A program made the translations under genes and the position numbers. Shown here in pieces: positions 55,092 to 64,000 of a stretch of 64,000 nt of DNA. How positions within the stretch are numbered: position 1 is the stretch's first letter; every line of letters begins with the position of its first letter. Source of the stretch: Acidiferrobacterales bacterium. GTDB taxonomy: Bacteria; Pseudomonadota; Gammaproteobacteria; Acidiferrobacterales; SZUA-150. Where the stretch lies: assembly GCA_947258385.1 (NCBI GenBank), contig CAMYII010000033.1, forward strand, positions 31,529 through 95,528, in the 5' to 3' direction. The notes below the pieces were generated by a model. The model had not been told where the DNA came from. It saw only the letters and a program-made list of their open reading frames with translations, and did no database searches.

Positions 55092-57071
55092 ATGAGCCAG
55101 AACAGACCTGAATCTCCCTACCCGGGCCTGCCCACCACGACCGACGGGTCGGGCGCGATTGTGTGGGTGGAGACCCACATCGGCGAAGGCGCCTGTGCCT
55201 ATCCGATCACGCCCGCCACCGGCATGGGCAACGGCTATCAACTGGCCGTGGCCAACGGCCAGCAGAATCTTTGGGAGAAAACGCTATTCTTCCTGGAGCC
55301 GGAATCCGAGCACAGCTCCGCCTCGGCCTGCGAAGGGTTTGCGCTGGCCGGTGGTCGCGTGACCAATTTCACCTCCGGGCAGGGCTTGGTGTTGATGACC
55401 GAGGTGTTGTACACGATCGCCGGCAAACGGCTGCCGGTGGTGTTTCATATCGGCGCGCGCGCCCTGACATCCCACTCCTTGAACGTCCATGCCGGGCACG
55501 ACGATGTCATGTCGGTGGCCGATACCGGCTGGGGCATGCTCTTCGCGCGCAATGCCCAGGAGGCGCACGATCTGGCACTGATCGCCCGGCGCGCGGCCGA
55601 GGCGGCCCATACGCCCTTCATGAATGTGCAGGACGGCTTTCTGACCACGCATACCATTGAGAGGCTCTATCTTGCGGAGCCGGAAATGATGGGGGACTAC
55701 ATCGACGATCCCCGCGGGAAACTGCTGAACCTGTTCGACCCGAACCGGCCGATGCAAACGGGGGTGGTACAGAACCAGGATTCCTATATGAAAGGCAAGA
55801 TCGCGCAGCGCTATATTTATGATGAGGTGCCGACGCATCTGCGCGAGGCCTTTGCCCGTTTCCATGAACTGACCGGCAGGACATACGGCTTCGTCGACGG
55901 CTACCGGCTCGAGGACGCCGCTTATGCCATCGTCGGGATGGGCTCGGTCATGGACACCGCCATTGCCGCGGTCGACTGGATGCGCAAAGAGAAGGGATGG
56001 AAAGTCGGCGCCCTGAATCTTACCGCCTTCCGTCCGTTTCCCGCGCTTGAAATCGTCGAGAACCTGCGCAACTGCAAGGCCGTGTCCGTCATCGAACGCA
56101 TGGATAACCCGCTTGCCAAAGACAACCCCCTGACCACAGAGCTCAAGGCGAGCTTCGCCGATGCCGCCGCCGGCGCGACGGCTTATCCCGTGATACAAGC
56201 CGTGCCCAGGATTTATTCCGGTGTCTATGGGCTCGGCAGCCGCGATACGCGCGTGGGCGACCTCATCGCCGTCGTGGAAAATATGGTGAACGACGGGAAG
56301 CGGTTTTTCTCCCTGGGTATCGACCATCCCACGGCGCTGGAACGCCAGCACAACCCGGACGTGCGTCCAAAAGGCGCGTTCTCGATGCGCGGTCACTCCA
56401 TCGGCGGTTACGGCTCGGTCACCACCAACAAAGTGATCGCCTCGCTGGTGGAGAACATCTTCGGGCTCTATGTCCAGGCCTACCCCAAGTATGGTTCGGA
56501 GAAAAAAGGCCTGCCGACGACCTATTATCTGACCGTCGCCGATCAGCCTATATTGGAACATTCCGAGCTGGAGCACGTGGATTTCGTGCCGGTCAACGAC
56601 GTCAATGCCTTCCATTCGAGCGATCCGCTGGCAGGGCTGGCCGACGGCGGCAGTGTTTTCATTCAAAGCCGCTTCGAGTCCGATGCCGAGATCTGGGACC
56701 AGATCCCGCCGCAGGCAAGGCAAGGCATACTCGAGAAGGACGTCCGCGTATTCTATCTCGACACCGTAAAGATCGCCCGCGAGGTCGCCAGCTCCCCCGA
56801 CCTGCAGCTGCGCATGCAGGGCGTGGTATTGCTCGGCATCTTTCTCAAAGTCGCCCCCTTTGTCGGCAACAACGCGCTCACCGACGAGGCATTGTTCGGC
56901 GCCGTTGAAAAAACCTTGCGCAAATACTTCGGCCGCCGCGGTGAGCAGGTCGTGCAGGACAACATGAAGGCCGTGCAACACGGTTATAGCGAGGTGCGGG
57001 AAATGGATCGCACCGCGCTGAAGGCCGATACCAAGATGCGTAACGCAGCCCGACAAACACTGACAGGTTGA
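55092..57071 (+). CDS. pyruvate/2-oxoacid:ferredoxin oxidoreductase, N-terminal half (domains I-III, alpha+gamma)
   Basis: Contains YPITPATGM, EPESEHSSASACEGFALAGGRVTNFTSGQGL and GGYGSVTTNKVIA...GSEKKGLPT. Confidence 0.9.
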   Translation: MSQNRPESPYPGLPTTTDGSGAIVWVETHIGEGACAYPITPATGMGNGYQLAVANGQQNLWEKTLFFLEPESEHSSASACEGFALAGGRVTNFTSGQGLVLMTEVLYTIAGKRLPVVFHIGARALTSHSLNVHAGHDDVMSVADTGWGMLFARNAQEAHDLALIARRAAEAAHTPFMNVQDGFLTTHTIERLYLAEPEMMGDYIDDPRGKLLNLFDPNRPMQTGVVQNQDSYMKGKIAQRYIYDEVPTHLREAFARFHELTGRTYGFVDGYRLEDAAYAIVGMGSVMDTAIAAVDWMRKEKGWKVGALNLTAFRPFPALEIVENLRNCKAVSVIERMDNPLAKDNPLTTELKASFADAAAGATAYPVIQAVPRIYSGVYGLGSRDTRVGDLIAVVENMVNDGKRFFSLGIDHPTALERQHNPDVRPKGAFSMRGHSIGGYGSVTTNKVIASLVENIFGLYVQAYPKYGSEKKGLPTTYYLTVADQPILEHSELEHVDFVPVNDVNAFHSSDPLAGLADGGSVFIQSRFESDAEIWDQIPPQARQGILEKDVRVFYLDTVKIAREVASSPDLQLRMQGVVLLGIFLKVAPFVGNNALTDEALFGAVEKTLRKYFGRRGEQVVQDNMKAVQHGYSEVREMDRTALKADTKMRNAARQTLTG

Positions 57072-57077
57072 TCGCCC

Positions 57078-58676
57078 ATGAAACCCAGCCACATCGATGA
57101 ACCCCTAGAGACATTTGCCGCAAATTTCCTGGACACCGACGTCTTTGAACGCGAGGTCATCGGCGCGTATCAAAACGGCACGGCGGAAAGGGACCTGCCG
57201 GCCGACATCGGTGTCGCCGTCAGTTGGGTACCGGCTGCCAGCGGGCGCCTGCGGGACTTCTCGAGCATCGCCCGCGACATCCCCGAGCTCGACGCCGCCA
57301 AGTGTGTCGGGTGCATGGAATGTGTCACGGAATGCCCGGACACCGCCATCATCGCCAAGGTCGTGCCCGAGGCCGAGTACCGCGCCTTGCTCGGCACACA
57401 AGGTGGGGGCGACTCCTTTGTCGCCAGGCAATTCGTGCGAACGACCAAGTATTTCGACGTCCCGACGCGCAAAGGCAAGGAGGGCGGCATGTTCCTGCTG
57501 GTCACGGACCCCAGCAAGTGCAAAGGCTGTGGCGAGTGCGTCACGGCCTGCGGCAAGCACGACGCGCTCAAGATGATAACCAAAACCGAGCACAACGTGG
57601 TCGACTACCACCAGGCAATCGACGTCTACCGCCGGCTGCCGGACACGCCGGCGGACTACATTCAGGACAAAGTCCTGGCCGATATGATGCTCAAGGAATC
57701 CACCCATCTGTATGTGGGGGGTGGCGCCTCATGCATGGGCTGCGGCGAGGCGACGGCCATCCGCATGATGCTGGCGGCGACGAGCTTTGCACATGGTGAG
57801 CGCAGCATCGGGATCGTCGCGGCGACCGGCTGCAATACCGTGTTCGGCTCCACCTATCCCTATAATCCCTATGCCGTGCCCTGGACCAACTCGCTGTTTG
57901 AAAACGCGCCGGCGGTGGCCATGGGAATTCGCGGGCACTGGAACGCGCAGGGCCGGCAGGCAAACCGCCTCTGGGTCATCGGTGGCGATGGCGCCATGCT
58001 GGACATCGGTTTCCAGTCGCTGTCGCGCATGCTGATGAGCGGCATGGATATCAAGGTGCTGGTACTCGACACCCAGGTCTATTCCAACACGGGAGGGCAG
58101 AGCTCGACCTCGACATTTACGGGCCAGGACTCGAAGATGTCGGCCTACGGCAGGCTGCAACACGGCAAGAGCGAACGGCGCAAGGAACTGTCGACGATCG
58201 CCATGATGCACCCCGATGTCTTTGTCGCCCAGACCACGCCCGCGCACATCAACCATTTCTACCGCGCCATCATGGCGGCCAATGAATACCCCGGCCCGGC
58301 GATCGTCACAGTGTATACCCCCTGTCAGCCGGAGCACGGCATCGCCGACGATGCCTCGGTGCGCCAGTCCAAGCTCGCGGTCGACTCCCGCGCCTTCCCG
58401 CTGCTGGTCTATGACCCGCGCATGGGCGCAAGCATCGCCGAGCGCTTGAGCCTGCAGGGCAATCCGGCGCGCAAGAATGACTGGTACGTGACGCCCAAGG
58501 GCGAGGTCATTGACTTCACCGCCTTTGCCCGCACCGAAGGCCGCTTCGCCAAGCACTTCGATGCCGATGGCGGCGCCTCCCCGGAACTATTGAAGGCGCA
58601 GGAGGACCGGCTCGGGAACTGGCATCAGCTGCAGGAGCTCGCGGGCCTGCGGACCGCGACACCGGCTTCACGCTAA
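57078..58676 (+). CDS. pyruvate/2-oxoacid:ferredoxin oxidoreductase, C-terminal half (2x[4Fe-4S] and TPP-binding beta)
   Basis: Contains CVGCMECVTECP, CKGCGECVTAC, GCGEATAIRM and GGDGAMLDIGFQSL...NTGGQ. It is in the same reading frame as the upstream half and has no obvious SD. Confidence 0.9.
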   Translation: MKPSHIDEPLETFAANFLDTDVFEREVIGAYQNGTAERDLPADIGVAVSWVPAASGRLRDFSSIARDIPELDAAKCVGCMECVTECPDTAIIAKVVPEAEYRALLGTQGGGDSFVARQFVRTTKYFDVPTRKGKEGGMFLLVTDPSKCKGCGECVTACGKHDALKMITKTEHNVVDYHQAIDVYRRLPDTPADYIQDKVLADMMLKESTHLYVGGGASCMGCGEATAIRMMLAATSFAHGERSIGIVAATGCNTVFGSTYPYNPYAVPWTNSLFENAPAVAMGIRGHWNAQGRQANRLWVIGGDGAMLDIGFQSLSRMLMSGMDIKVLVLDTQVYSNTGGQSSTSTFTGQDSKMSAYGRLQHGKSERRKELSTIAMMHPDVFVAQTTPAHINHFYRAIMAANEYPGPAIVTVYTPCQPEHGIADDASVRQSKLAVDSRAFPLLVYDPRMGASIAERLSLQGNPARKNDWYVTPKGEVIDFTAFARTEGRFAKHFDADGGASPELLKAQEDRLGNWHQLQELAGLRTATPASR

Positions 58677-58684
58677 GCCGACAA

Positions 58685-59416
58685 TCAAAAGTCACCCCAC
58701 AACGCCTGGATGGCGGCGAGCACCGCGGCGGCCGCGGTCTCGGTGCGCAGGATGCGATTACCCAGGCGCATCGGGCTAAAACCCTCCCGGCGCGCGGCTT
58801 CGAGCTCGCGCTCGGTGAGGCCGCCCTCCGGGCCGACTAACACCCGCAGCGGAGCGTCGGGACGGTCCATTTTACTCAAGGGTCGGCCCGAGTCCGGTGA
58901 CAGCACCCAGCGCGCGCCGCCGTCACCGGCGTCGCGCAGCGACTCCTCCAGGCCCTGCAGCACCGCGACCCGCGGGACCCGGTTGCGCCCGCATTGCTCG
59001 CAGGCCGAAATCGCGATGCGCTGCCAGTGCTCCACGCGCTTGCGCGCACGCTCGCCCTTCAGATTCACCACACTGCGTTCGCTCAACACCGGGAAGATCC
59101 GCGTGACACCGAGCTCGACCGCCTTCTGCACGGCATAGTCCATCTTGTCCCCGCTCGAGACGGCCTGAATCAGGTCGACATCGATCACCGACTCACGCTC
59201 GATGGTCTCCCACGCCTGTATGTCAACGTGAACGCCCTGTTTATCAGATCCCGACACAGTGCCCAGATATTCACCGCCCCGGCCGTTGAATACGATAACC
59301 CGATCACCGGTTTTTATACGCAGTACGTGCTGCGCGTGATGCGCGGCTACGCCACTAAGGTGTGCCACCGTGCCGGTGGCCAGGTCCTGCGCTAGATAAA
59401 AGCGTGGGATTCGCAT
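58685..59416 (-). CDS. rsmE: 16S rRNA (uracil1498-N3)-methyltransferase
   Basis: Contains MRIPRFY, H..VLR, PEGGLTERE and LGNRILRTETAA. Confidence 0.9.
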   Translation of the reverse strand: MRIPRFYLAQDLATGTVAHLSGVAAHHAQHVLRIKTGDRVIVFNGRGGEYLGTVSGSDKQGVHVDIQAWETIERESVIDVDLIQAVSSGDKMDYAVQKAVELGVTRIFPVLSERSVVNLKGERARKRVEHWQRIAISACEQCGRNRVPRVAVLQGLEESLRDAGDGGARWVLSPDSGRPLSKMDRPDAPLRVLVGPEGGLTERELEAARREGFSPMRLGNRILRTETAAAAVLAAIQALWGDF

Positions 59417-59508
59417 GCAAGAGGGTGACTATTGTAAAGACCGGGACCGTGATGCCGGCGGGTCGTACCGGGCGACGAGGCGCTTCGCCGTCATAACCAC
59501 GTGCCGGC

Positions 59509-59907
59509 TTACAAGCTGGGCGTGAGGTCTTTCCCGCCGCGCATATCCTCCAGTCTCGCCTGACACTCTTTGCATCTTACGGCCGTGGGATTGGCATCGA
59601 GCCGCTCGAGGCTGATCCGACCACCGCATTCAATGCAGGTATCGTAAGTCCCGGAGCCGATGCGCCGCAATGCCTCCTCGATCTGCTTGAGCTCCTCGAC
59701 TTCCCGCTCTATCGCGCTTGTACTCAGATCGATCAACAGATCAGCGATCGATTCGTCGCCGGCGTCACGCACCTGACCGGCGAGCTCAAGATAATTTTTG
59801 TCGCCCGAGTCCTTGAGCTTGTCGAGCAGGCCCCAGCGAAGCTCTTCGCGGCGCTTGTCAAGCCGCTCTATAAATTGCGCTACGTCTCGCTCACTCAGTT
59901 TGGACAT
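59509..59907 (-). CDS. DksA/TraR-family C4 zinc-finger protein
   Basis: Has a coiled-coil N-terminus and CIECGGRISLERLDANPTAVRCKECQ. Confidence 0.85.
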   Translation of the reverse strand: MSKLSERDVAQFIERLDKRREELRWGLLDKLKDSGDKNYLELAGQVRDAGDESIADLLIDLSTSAIEREVEELKQIEEALRRIGSGTYDTCIECGGRISLERLDANPTAVRCKECQARLEDMRGGKDLTPSL

Positions 59908-59956
59908 CGGCTTTCTCCCCGCGCCCGTGGTGCCGTCGACCCGTCGGTGATCTGCA

Positions 59957-61162
59957 CTATGACGCCAACTCTACGCTCAATGGCGTGACCGCAACAGTCT
60001 CTCCCGCGGCGAAGCCGCTGCTGTCCGCCTCCACCCTGATGAACCCGTTGGTTTCTCGCAGCGTCCCCAGCATGTGGGATCCCTGGCCCTTCAGGGCGGT
60101 GGCCAGGAGACGGTCGTCCTGCATGTGCAGCCGCGCGCGCACGAACTCCGTGCGCCCGGCGTGGCGCTTGAAGCCGTTGGCGGCGGTGGCCTCGAGCTCC
60201 AGCCGCCGGTGCGTAGCGTGATGCCATGCCGCCAGCGCGGGTTCCACGAACAGCTTGAAGGTCACGAGACTGGAGACGGGGTTGCCCGGCAGCCCGAAGA
60301 AATGCGTGCGTGCGCCCACGTGCCCGAAGGCGACCGGTTTACCCGGCTTGACCTTGACCTTCCAGAAATTGATCTCCCCGATCTCGGCAAAGACCTGCTT
60401 GACCAGGTCGTGATCGCCAACCGAGACACCACCGCTGGTGATCACGAAATCGTAGGCGCCGGCCTCCTGAAGCATGGCGCGCACGGCATCCGGCTTGTCC
60501 TTGACGGTACCCCCATCGACCGCCGCCACGCCGAGGGACTTGAGCTGCAGCAGCGTCGCCAGCCGATTGGACTCATAGATCTGACCGGGTTTGAGCGGCT
60601 CGCCCGGGGCCACGAGTTCGTTGCCGGTCGCCACCACCAGGGCACGCGCCCGACGGTAGACCGGCAGTTCGGCCAGTCCCGCGGAGGACAACAGCGCGAG
60701 ATCAAACGGGCTCAAGCGCCGCCCGGCGCGGTAAAGCACATCGCCGGCACGGAAATCCTCCCCGCGTGGACGGATGTTCTGTCCCGGTCGGACGCTGTGC
60801 GGAAATACCACAAGCCCGCCTTCGCGCTTGGCGTCTTCCTGGATCACCACCGCATCGGCGCCCGCGGGCACGGGCGCGCCGGTAAAGATGCGCATAGTCG
60901 TTCCCGGGATCAGGTCCGCCGGCGCGCTGCCGCAGCTCGATTCGCCCTGCAGCGGCAACGCCAGCTTGTCGGCGCTGAGATCCGCCAGATTCAAGGCGTA
61001 GCCGTCCATGGCCGAATTGTCGAACGCCGGATTGTCGACCTGGGCGCGCGTCTCGGCGGCGAGATAACGCCCATCGGCCTCCAGCAACGGCACCGTCTCC
61101 GCCTCGAACGCCGGCCTGATCTCTTTCACGATGGCCGCTTGGGCCTGTTCCAGGGTCAACAT
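59957..61162 (-). CDS. moeA: molybdopterin molybdotransferase
   Basis: From ATG 61162 (MLTLEQAQAAI). Contains SAMDGYA, TGAPVPAGADAVV, ITSGGVSVGDHD and LPGNPVSS. Confidence 0.9.
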   Translation of the reverse strand: MLTLEQAQAAIVKEIRPAFEAETVPLLEADGRYLAAETRAQVDNPAFDNSAMDGYALNLADLSADKLALPLQGESSCGSAPADLIPGTTMRIFTGAPVPAGADAVVIQEDAKREGGLVVFPHSVRPGQNIRPRGEDFRAGDVLYRAGRRLSPFDLALLSSAGLAELPVYRRARALVVATGNELVAPGEPLKPGQIYESNRLATLLQLKSLGVAAVDGGTVKDKPDAVRAMLQEAGAYDFVITSGGVSVGDHDLVKQVFAEIGEINFWKVKVKPGKPVAFGHVGARTHFFGLPGNPVSSLVTFKLFVEPALAAWHHATHRRLELEATAANGFKRHAGRTEFVRARLHMQDDRLLATALKGQGSHMLGTLRETNGFIRVEADSSGFAAGETVAVTPLSVELAS

Positions 61163-61320
61163 AATTTGGAAAATATCGTTGCGTCGCGCCGACGGTTGCC
61201 ATGTGGCACTACCAGGCGACGTGAAAAATAACATCCTACCACGCCGGCGGATTGCACCATAAGCCGGCGGGGCGAAATGGAGGTATACTTGGCGGCTGTC
61301 ATGCTTGAAAGGAACCGTCG

Positions 61321-61845
61321 ATGAGCAAGGCCCCAGGAGCGTTTATCCCGCTCAATGTCGTTATATTGACGCTCTCCGATACGCGCACCCGCGAAAATGA
61401 CACCTCCGGTGATTTCATAGATGAGCGCCTGCGAACCGCCGGTCACCACGTCGTCAAGCGGGTGATACAGCGCGAAGACCTGGAGGACCTGCGCAAGTTG
61501 ATCAGCGCCTGGGTCGACGATCAGGAGATCGATGTGGTCGTCGCCACGGGCGGTACCGGGTTGACCCGCCGCGACGTGACGCCGGAGGCGGTAAGGCCGC
61601 TGTTTACCAAGGAGATACCGGGCTTCGGCGAACTGTTCCGCATGCTTTCTTACGATGACATCGGCTCTTCGACGATTGAGTCCAGGGCAATAGCCGGCGT
61701 TGCCGACGGCACCCTGATTTTCTGCCTGCCCGGCTCGACCGGCGCCTGCCAGCTCGGCATGGACAAGATCATCCTGCCGCAGCTTGACGCCAGGACCCGA
61801 CCCTGCAACCTGGTGGCCTTGTTGCCGCGCATCCGCCATGAGTAA
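61321..61845 (+). CDS. moaB: molybdenum cofactor biosynthesis protein B
   Basis: Contains [22 protein letters not shown] and CLPGSTGA. Confidence 0.9.
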   Translation: MSKAPGAFIPLNVVILTLSDTRTRENDTSGDFIDERLRTAGHHVVKRVIQREDLEDLRKLISAWVDDQEIDVVVATGGTGLTRRDVTPEAVRPLFTKEIPGFGELFRMLSYDDIGSSTIESRAIAGVADGTLIFCLPGSTGACQLGMDKIILPQLDARTRPCNLVALLPRIRHE

Positions 61846-62314
61846 ACTGACCCACTTTGACGACAAGGGGCAGGCCCATATGGTCGACGTGGGCGAGAAA
61901 CCCGTCAGTCAACGCGAAGCGGTCGCCGAGGGGACCATCAACATGCTCCCCGAGACCCTGGAACTGGTGGTCCGCGGGGGCCATAAGAAGGGGGATGTAC
62001 TGGGTATTGCGCGCGTGGCCGGCATCATGGCGGCCAAGAAGACCGCCGAGCTCGTGCCCCTGTGCCACCCGATCGCCATCAGCGCGGTGGAGATCGAGCT
62101 GACCCCGCGTAAAGATCAAAACGCCGTTCACTGCCAGGCGCGGGTGCGCACGGCCGGGCAGACCGGCGTGGAAATGGAGGCGCTCACCGCCGTACAGATC
62201 GCGCTGCTGACGATCTACGACATGTGCAAGGCGGTCGACCGGGGCATGACCATGAGCGATATACGGTTGCTGTCCAAATCCGGCGGCAAGTCCGGCACCT
62301 GGGTTCGCCGGTAA
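61838..62314 (+). CDS. moaC: cyclic pyranopterin monophosphate synthase
   Basis: From ATG 61838 ([21 protein letters not shown]). Contains [25 protein letters not shown] and GVEMEALTA. It overlaps the moaB stop. Confidence 0.95.
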   Translation: MSKLTHFDDKGQAHMVDVGEKPVSQREAVAEGTINMLPETLELVVRGGHKKGDVLGIARVAGIMAAKKTAELVPLCHPIAISAVEIELTPRKDQNAVHCQARVRTAGQTGVEMEALTAVQIALLTIYDMCKAVDRGMTMSDIRLLSKSGGKSGTWVRR

Positions 62315-62509
62315 GCAACGCCGCTCGCGGGCTCTGCCGAGTTGGCCCGGCACATGCCGCCACCGGGCGGTCAACACCCTCTGGGATCGTGTGGGATACG
62401 GGTTTGAATCAATCGTTTCGCTTTTCTTGGTGTCAAAATGTGGCGGGTATGGCACACCCCCATGCGGCTGACAGGCGAAGCGTTAAATGTTAAGCAAAAG
62501 GAGGCGGTC

Positions 62510-62710
62510 ATGATAAAGAATGTGGGAACGGTCGATAAGGTCCTGCGTGTTGTCCTGGGCGTGGGCATCCTGAGTTTGTTATTCATCCTCGAGGGCAATC
62601 TGCGCTGGCTCGGCCTGATCGGGCTGGTGCCGTTGGCCACGGTGGCCCTGAGCTGGTGCCCCTTGTATACGCTGATCGGTATCAAGACAAACAAGGGCCA
62701 GGCGGTATAG
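62510..62710 (+). CDS. DUF2892 (YgaP-like) small membrane protein
   Basis: AAAGGAGG lies 6 nt upstream of the ATG. The product is MIKNVGTVDKVLRVVLGVGILSL...WCPLYTLIGI. Confidence 0.85.
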   Translation: MIKNVGTVDKVLRVVLGVGILSLLFILEGNLRWLGLIGLVPLATVALSWCPLYTLIGIKTNKGQAV

Positions 62711-62862
62711 CGAGCGCTCTTATGCCTGCCCGGGATCATCACCGGCTCGACGGCTTTGATAAGCGCATAGACGGACGAGCGATGGCGTCCCGCTCGCAAG
62801 GGGTCGGGCGGGACGAGTCGCGGCCATGCACCTCCACCTTCGTTGCTCTTTTTAGAACCTGT

Positions 62863-62993
62863 CTCAAAATCAAACGCTCAGCAACCCTTGACGCCCTGGA
62901 AGCAACGCAAAGCACGCCAAGGCGCAGAGGACGCAGAGAATACATGAAAAATAAAGCATTTTTGCTTTCTTCGCGTACTTTGCGTCTCCGCAA
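62863..62993. repeat. copy 2 of the dispersed MITE/REP-like repeat
   Basis: Alignable to 33263-33400. It has imperfect inverted arms GCGCAGAGGACGCAGAGAA / TTCTTCGCGTACTTTGCGTCTCCGC around a perfect hairpin AAAGCA-TTTT-TGCTTT (62953-62968). Confidence 0.7.
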
Positions 62994-63210
62994 CCCAGTG
63001 CCAGCGGGCGGAAGGTATTTTGAATAGCTCCTGCTAAAAGGCCCTCAGACGGGCGCTGCGCCACCGCAGATCTTTTCAACGCTTCTGTCGCCAATCGCGT
63101 CACCAATGACCCGTAAAATGATGTGCTAACGGTATGATTGCCTGCGCAAGCTCTATACAATGGCGCCCTCAAAAAACAGCGCTACCGAAACCAATCTGGA
63201 TAAATCACCG

Positions 63211-64000
63211 ATGTCCGAACTGCACCTTGGCCTGGCCGGATTCGCCTATGGCGACCTGTTTGAAATAGACGGCCTGCAACGGCTCGACCAGGAATTTCTG
63301 CGACGCCTGAAGGCACGAAATCCCCAGTACTGCGATGCGCTGCTTGACTACCGCAGCGGCGAGCGTGCATTTACACCGCTGGAGATCAGCGAGATCCTGT
63401 TGGCCTGCGCGCCCGAGTTGGAGCAGTTAATCGGTGAATTGTTCGGCATACAGGACGAGATCGCAGTGCTGCGCGCGCGCACCCTCTCCCACGACCCGGT
63501 TTTCGTGTTCAAGAAATTTTTTGTCCAGCGGCGCGCCCGGCGGCGCCTATTGAAAAAGGAGCAGTTCGAGGGCTTTGCCGAACTTGATCGCTGGCTCGAT
63601 CACGCGCTGGCCGACGCCGGTCTCGGGGAGCCGGGCGGGCATGACCGGGAGCTGGCCGTGGCGCAACTGGGGCAGCGCCTCCTCGCCGATACCGAGGCCA
63701 ACAAAGAAGGCATAGAAATGCTGACCCGCTGGTGTATCCGCGGCCTGACCGTGCCTGAAGCCAAGGCGGCGGTGCGCGGCTGGGTCAGCTTCCGGCTGCC
63801 CCAGGGCACGGACTTCGCCCACCTCGTGCCCACCCGGCCGGTCGGGGATGAATCGCTCGGCCGCGTGACAGGGCCGAGCGAGCAATGGCACGCGCGCGAC
63901 GGCTTCAAACTGACGGACCCGCGCATGAACGCACGCGAGGTGCAGGCCGAAATCGACTACTGCGTCTACTGCCATGACCACGATGGCGACTTTTGTTCCA
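63211..64000 (+). CDS. 5' part of a large conserved oxidoreductase-like protein (runs off the window end)
   Basis: Hand translation from ATG 63211 gives MSELHLGLAGFAYGDLFEIDGLQRLDQEFL...EIDYCVYCHDHDGDFCS, open to the window end and therefore not in the ORF track. It has GC-rich third positions. The Cys/His cluster suggests a metal or Fe-S site. The family is not firmly recognised. Confidence 0.7.
   Translation, partial: MSELHLGLAGFAYGDLFEIDGLQRLDQEFLRRLKARNPQYCDALLDYRSGERAFTPLEISEILLACAPELEQLIGELFGIQDEIAVLRARTLSHDPVFVFKKFFVQRRARRRLLKKEQFEGFAELDRWLDHALADAGLGEPGGHDRELAVAQLGQRLLADTEANKEGIEMLTRWCIRGLTVPEAKAAVRGWVSFRLPQGTDFAHLVPTRPVGDESLGRVTGPSEQWHARDGFKLTDPRMNAREVQAEIDYCVYCHDHDGDFCS

Noticed and set aside
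57069-57071. In-frame TGA in PFOR considered as a selenocysteine codon.
   Set aside because: No SECIS-like hairpin is visible immediately downstream. PFOR is not a known selenoprotein, and a new ATG follows 6 nt later.
55284-57092. Long antisense ORFs opposite well-supported genes. Examples are 55284..57092, 49883..51652, 31930..33192, 30432..31283, 22030..22833, 22951..23757, 26529..27329, 19570..20346, 20349..21074, 9689..10504, 10514..11182 and 39958..40740.
   Set aside because: These are typical stop-poor shadow frames of GC-rich coding DNA. Their products are Arg/Gly/Ala/Pro-rich with no motifs, while the opposite strand carries unmistakable family signatures.

Overview
This is a GC-rich proteobacterial chromosomal window with a denitrifier and sulfur-oxidiser flavour; the taxon cannot be determined from sequence alone. 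I recognised no rRNA, tRNA, CRISPR array, transposase or integrase. From left to right the window contains the following.

(1) An AT-richer ~5 kb accessory block. It holds a CsrA-like gene, a divergent small HTH gene, a short GST, GFA, an O-methyltransferase, a NUDIX hydrolase and an L,D-transpeptidase.

(2) A four-haem cytochrome c peroxidase-like gene. It is bracketed by a 107-nt direct repeat of the 3' end of the neighbouring anti-sigma gene, with the copies exactly 3001 bp apart.

(3) An ECF sigma factor and an anti-sigma factor with a DsrE-like outer domain, divergent from a 523-aa secreted protein. These are followed by a DUF3859-like lipoprotein and a BT1/MFS-like transporter.

(4) pdxH, nhaA, and gpx coupled to a Cys-less glutaredoxin-like/DUF3429 fusion.

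(5) A B12-type MerR regulator (LitR/CarH-like) heading a tightly coupled 10-gene lipid-modification operon. The operon includes cfa-like methyltransferases, a desaturase, an FAD oxidoreductase, DUF1365, DUF1295, DUF2878 and a lipocalin. It is preceded by a promoter with an operator-like palindrome and an unannotated 41-codon ORF.

(6) A ~13 kb co-oriented denitrification block: orf111-norC-norB-nirS-C-F-D-L-G-cytc-H-(repeat element)-J-N-nnrS-trHbN.

(7) ctaA, then two tandem paralogous PAS-GGDEF-EAL genes (one of 1988 aa with about 12 PAS modules) and a coupled PhnD-like binding protein.

(8) An FNR/DNR-type box upstream of a frameshifted nitronate-monooxygenase-like gene, followed by a PFOR split by a single in-frame TGA.

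(9) rsmE, a dksA-like gene, moeA, moaB, moaC, a DUF2892 gene and the 5' part of a large oxidoreductase-like gene.

All functional calls come from motif recognition by eye. No database search was run.
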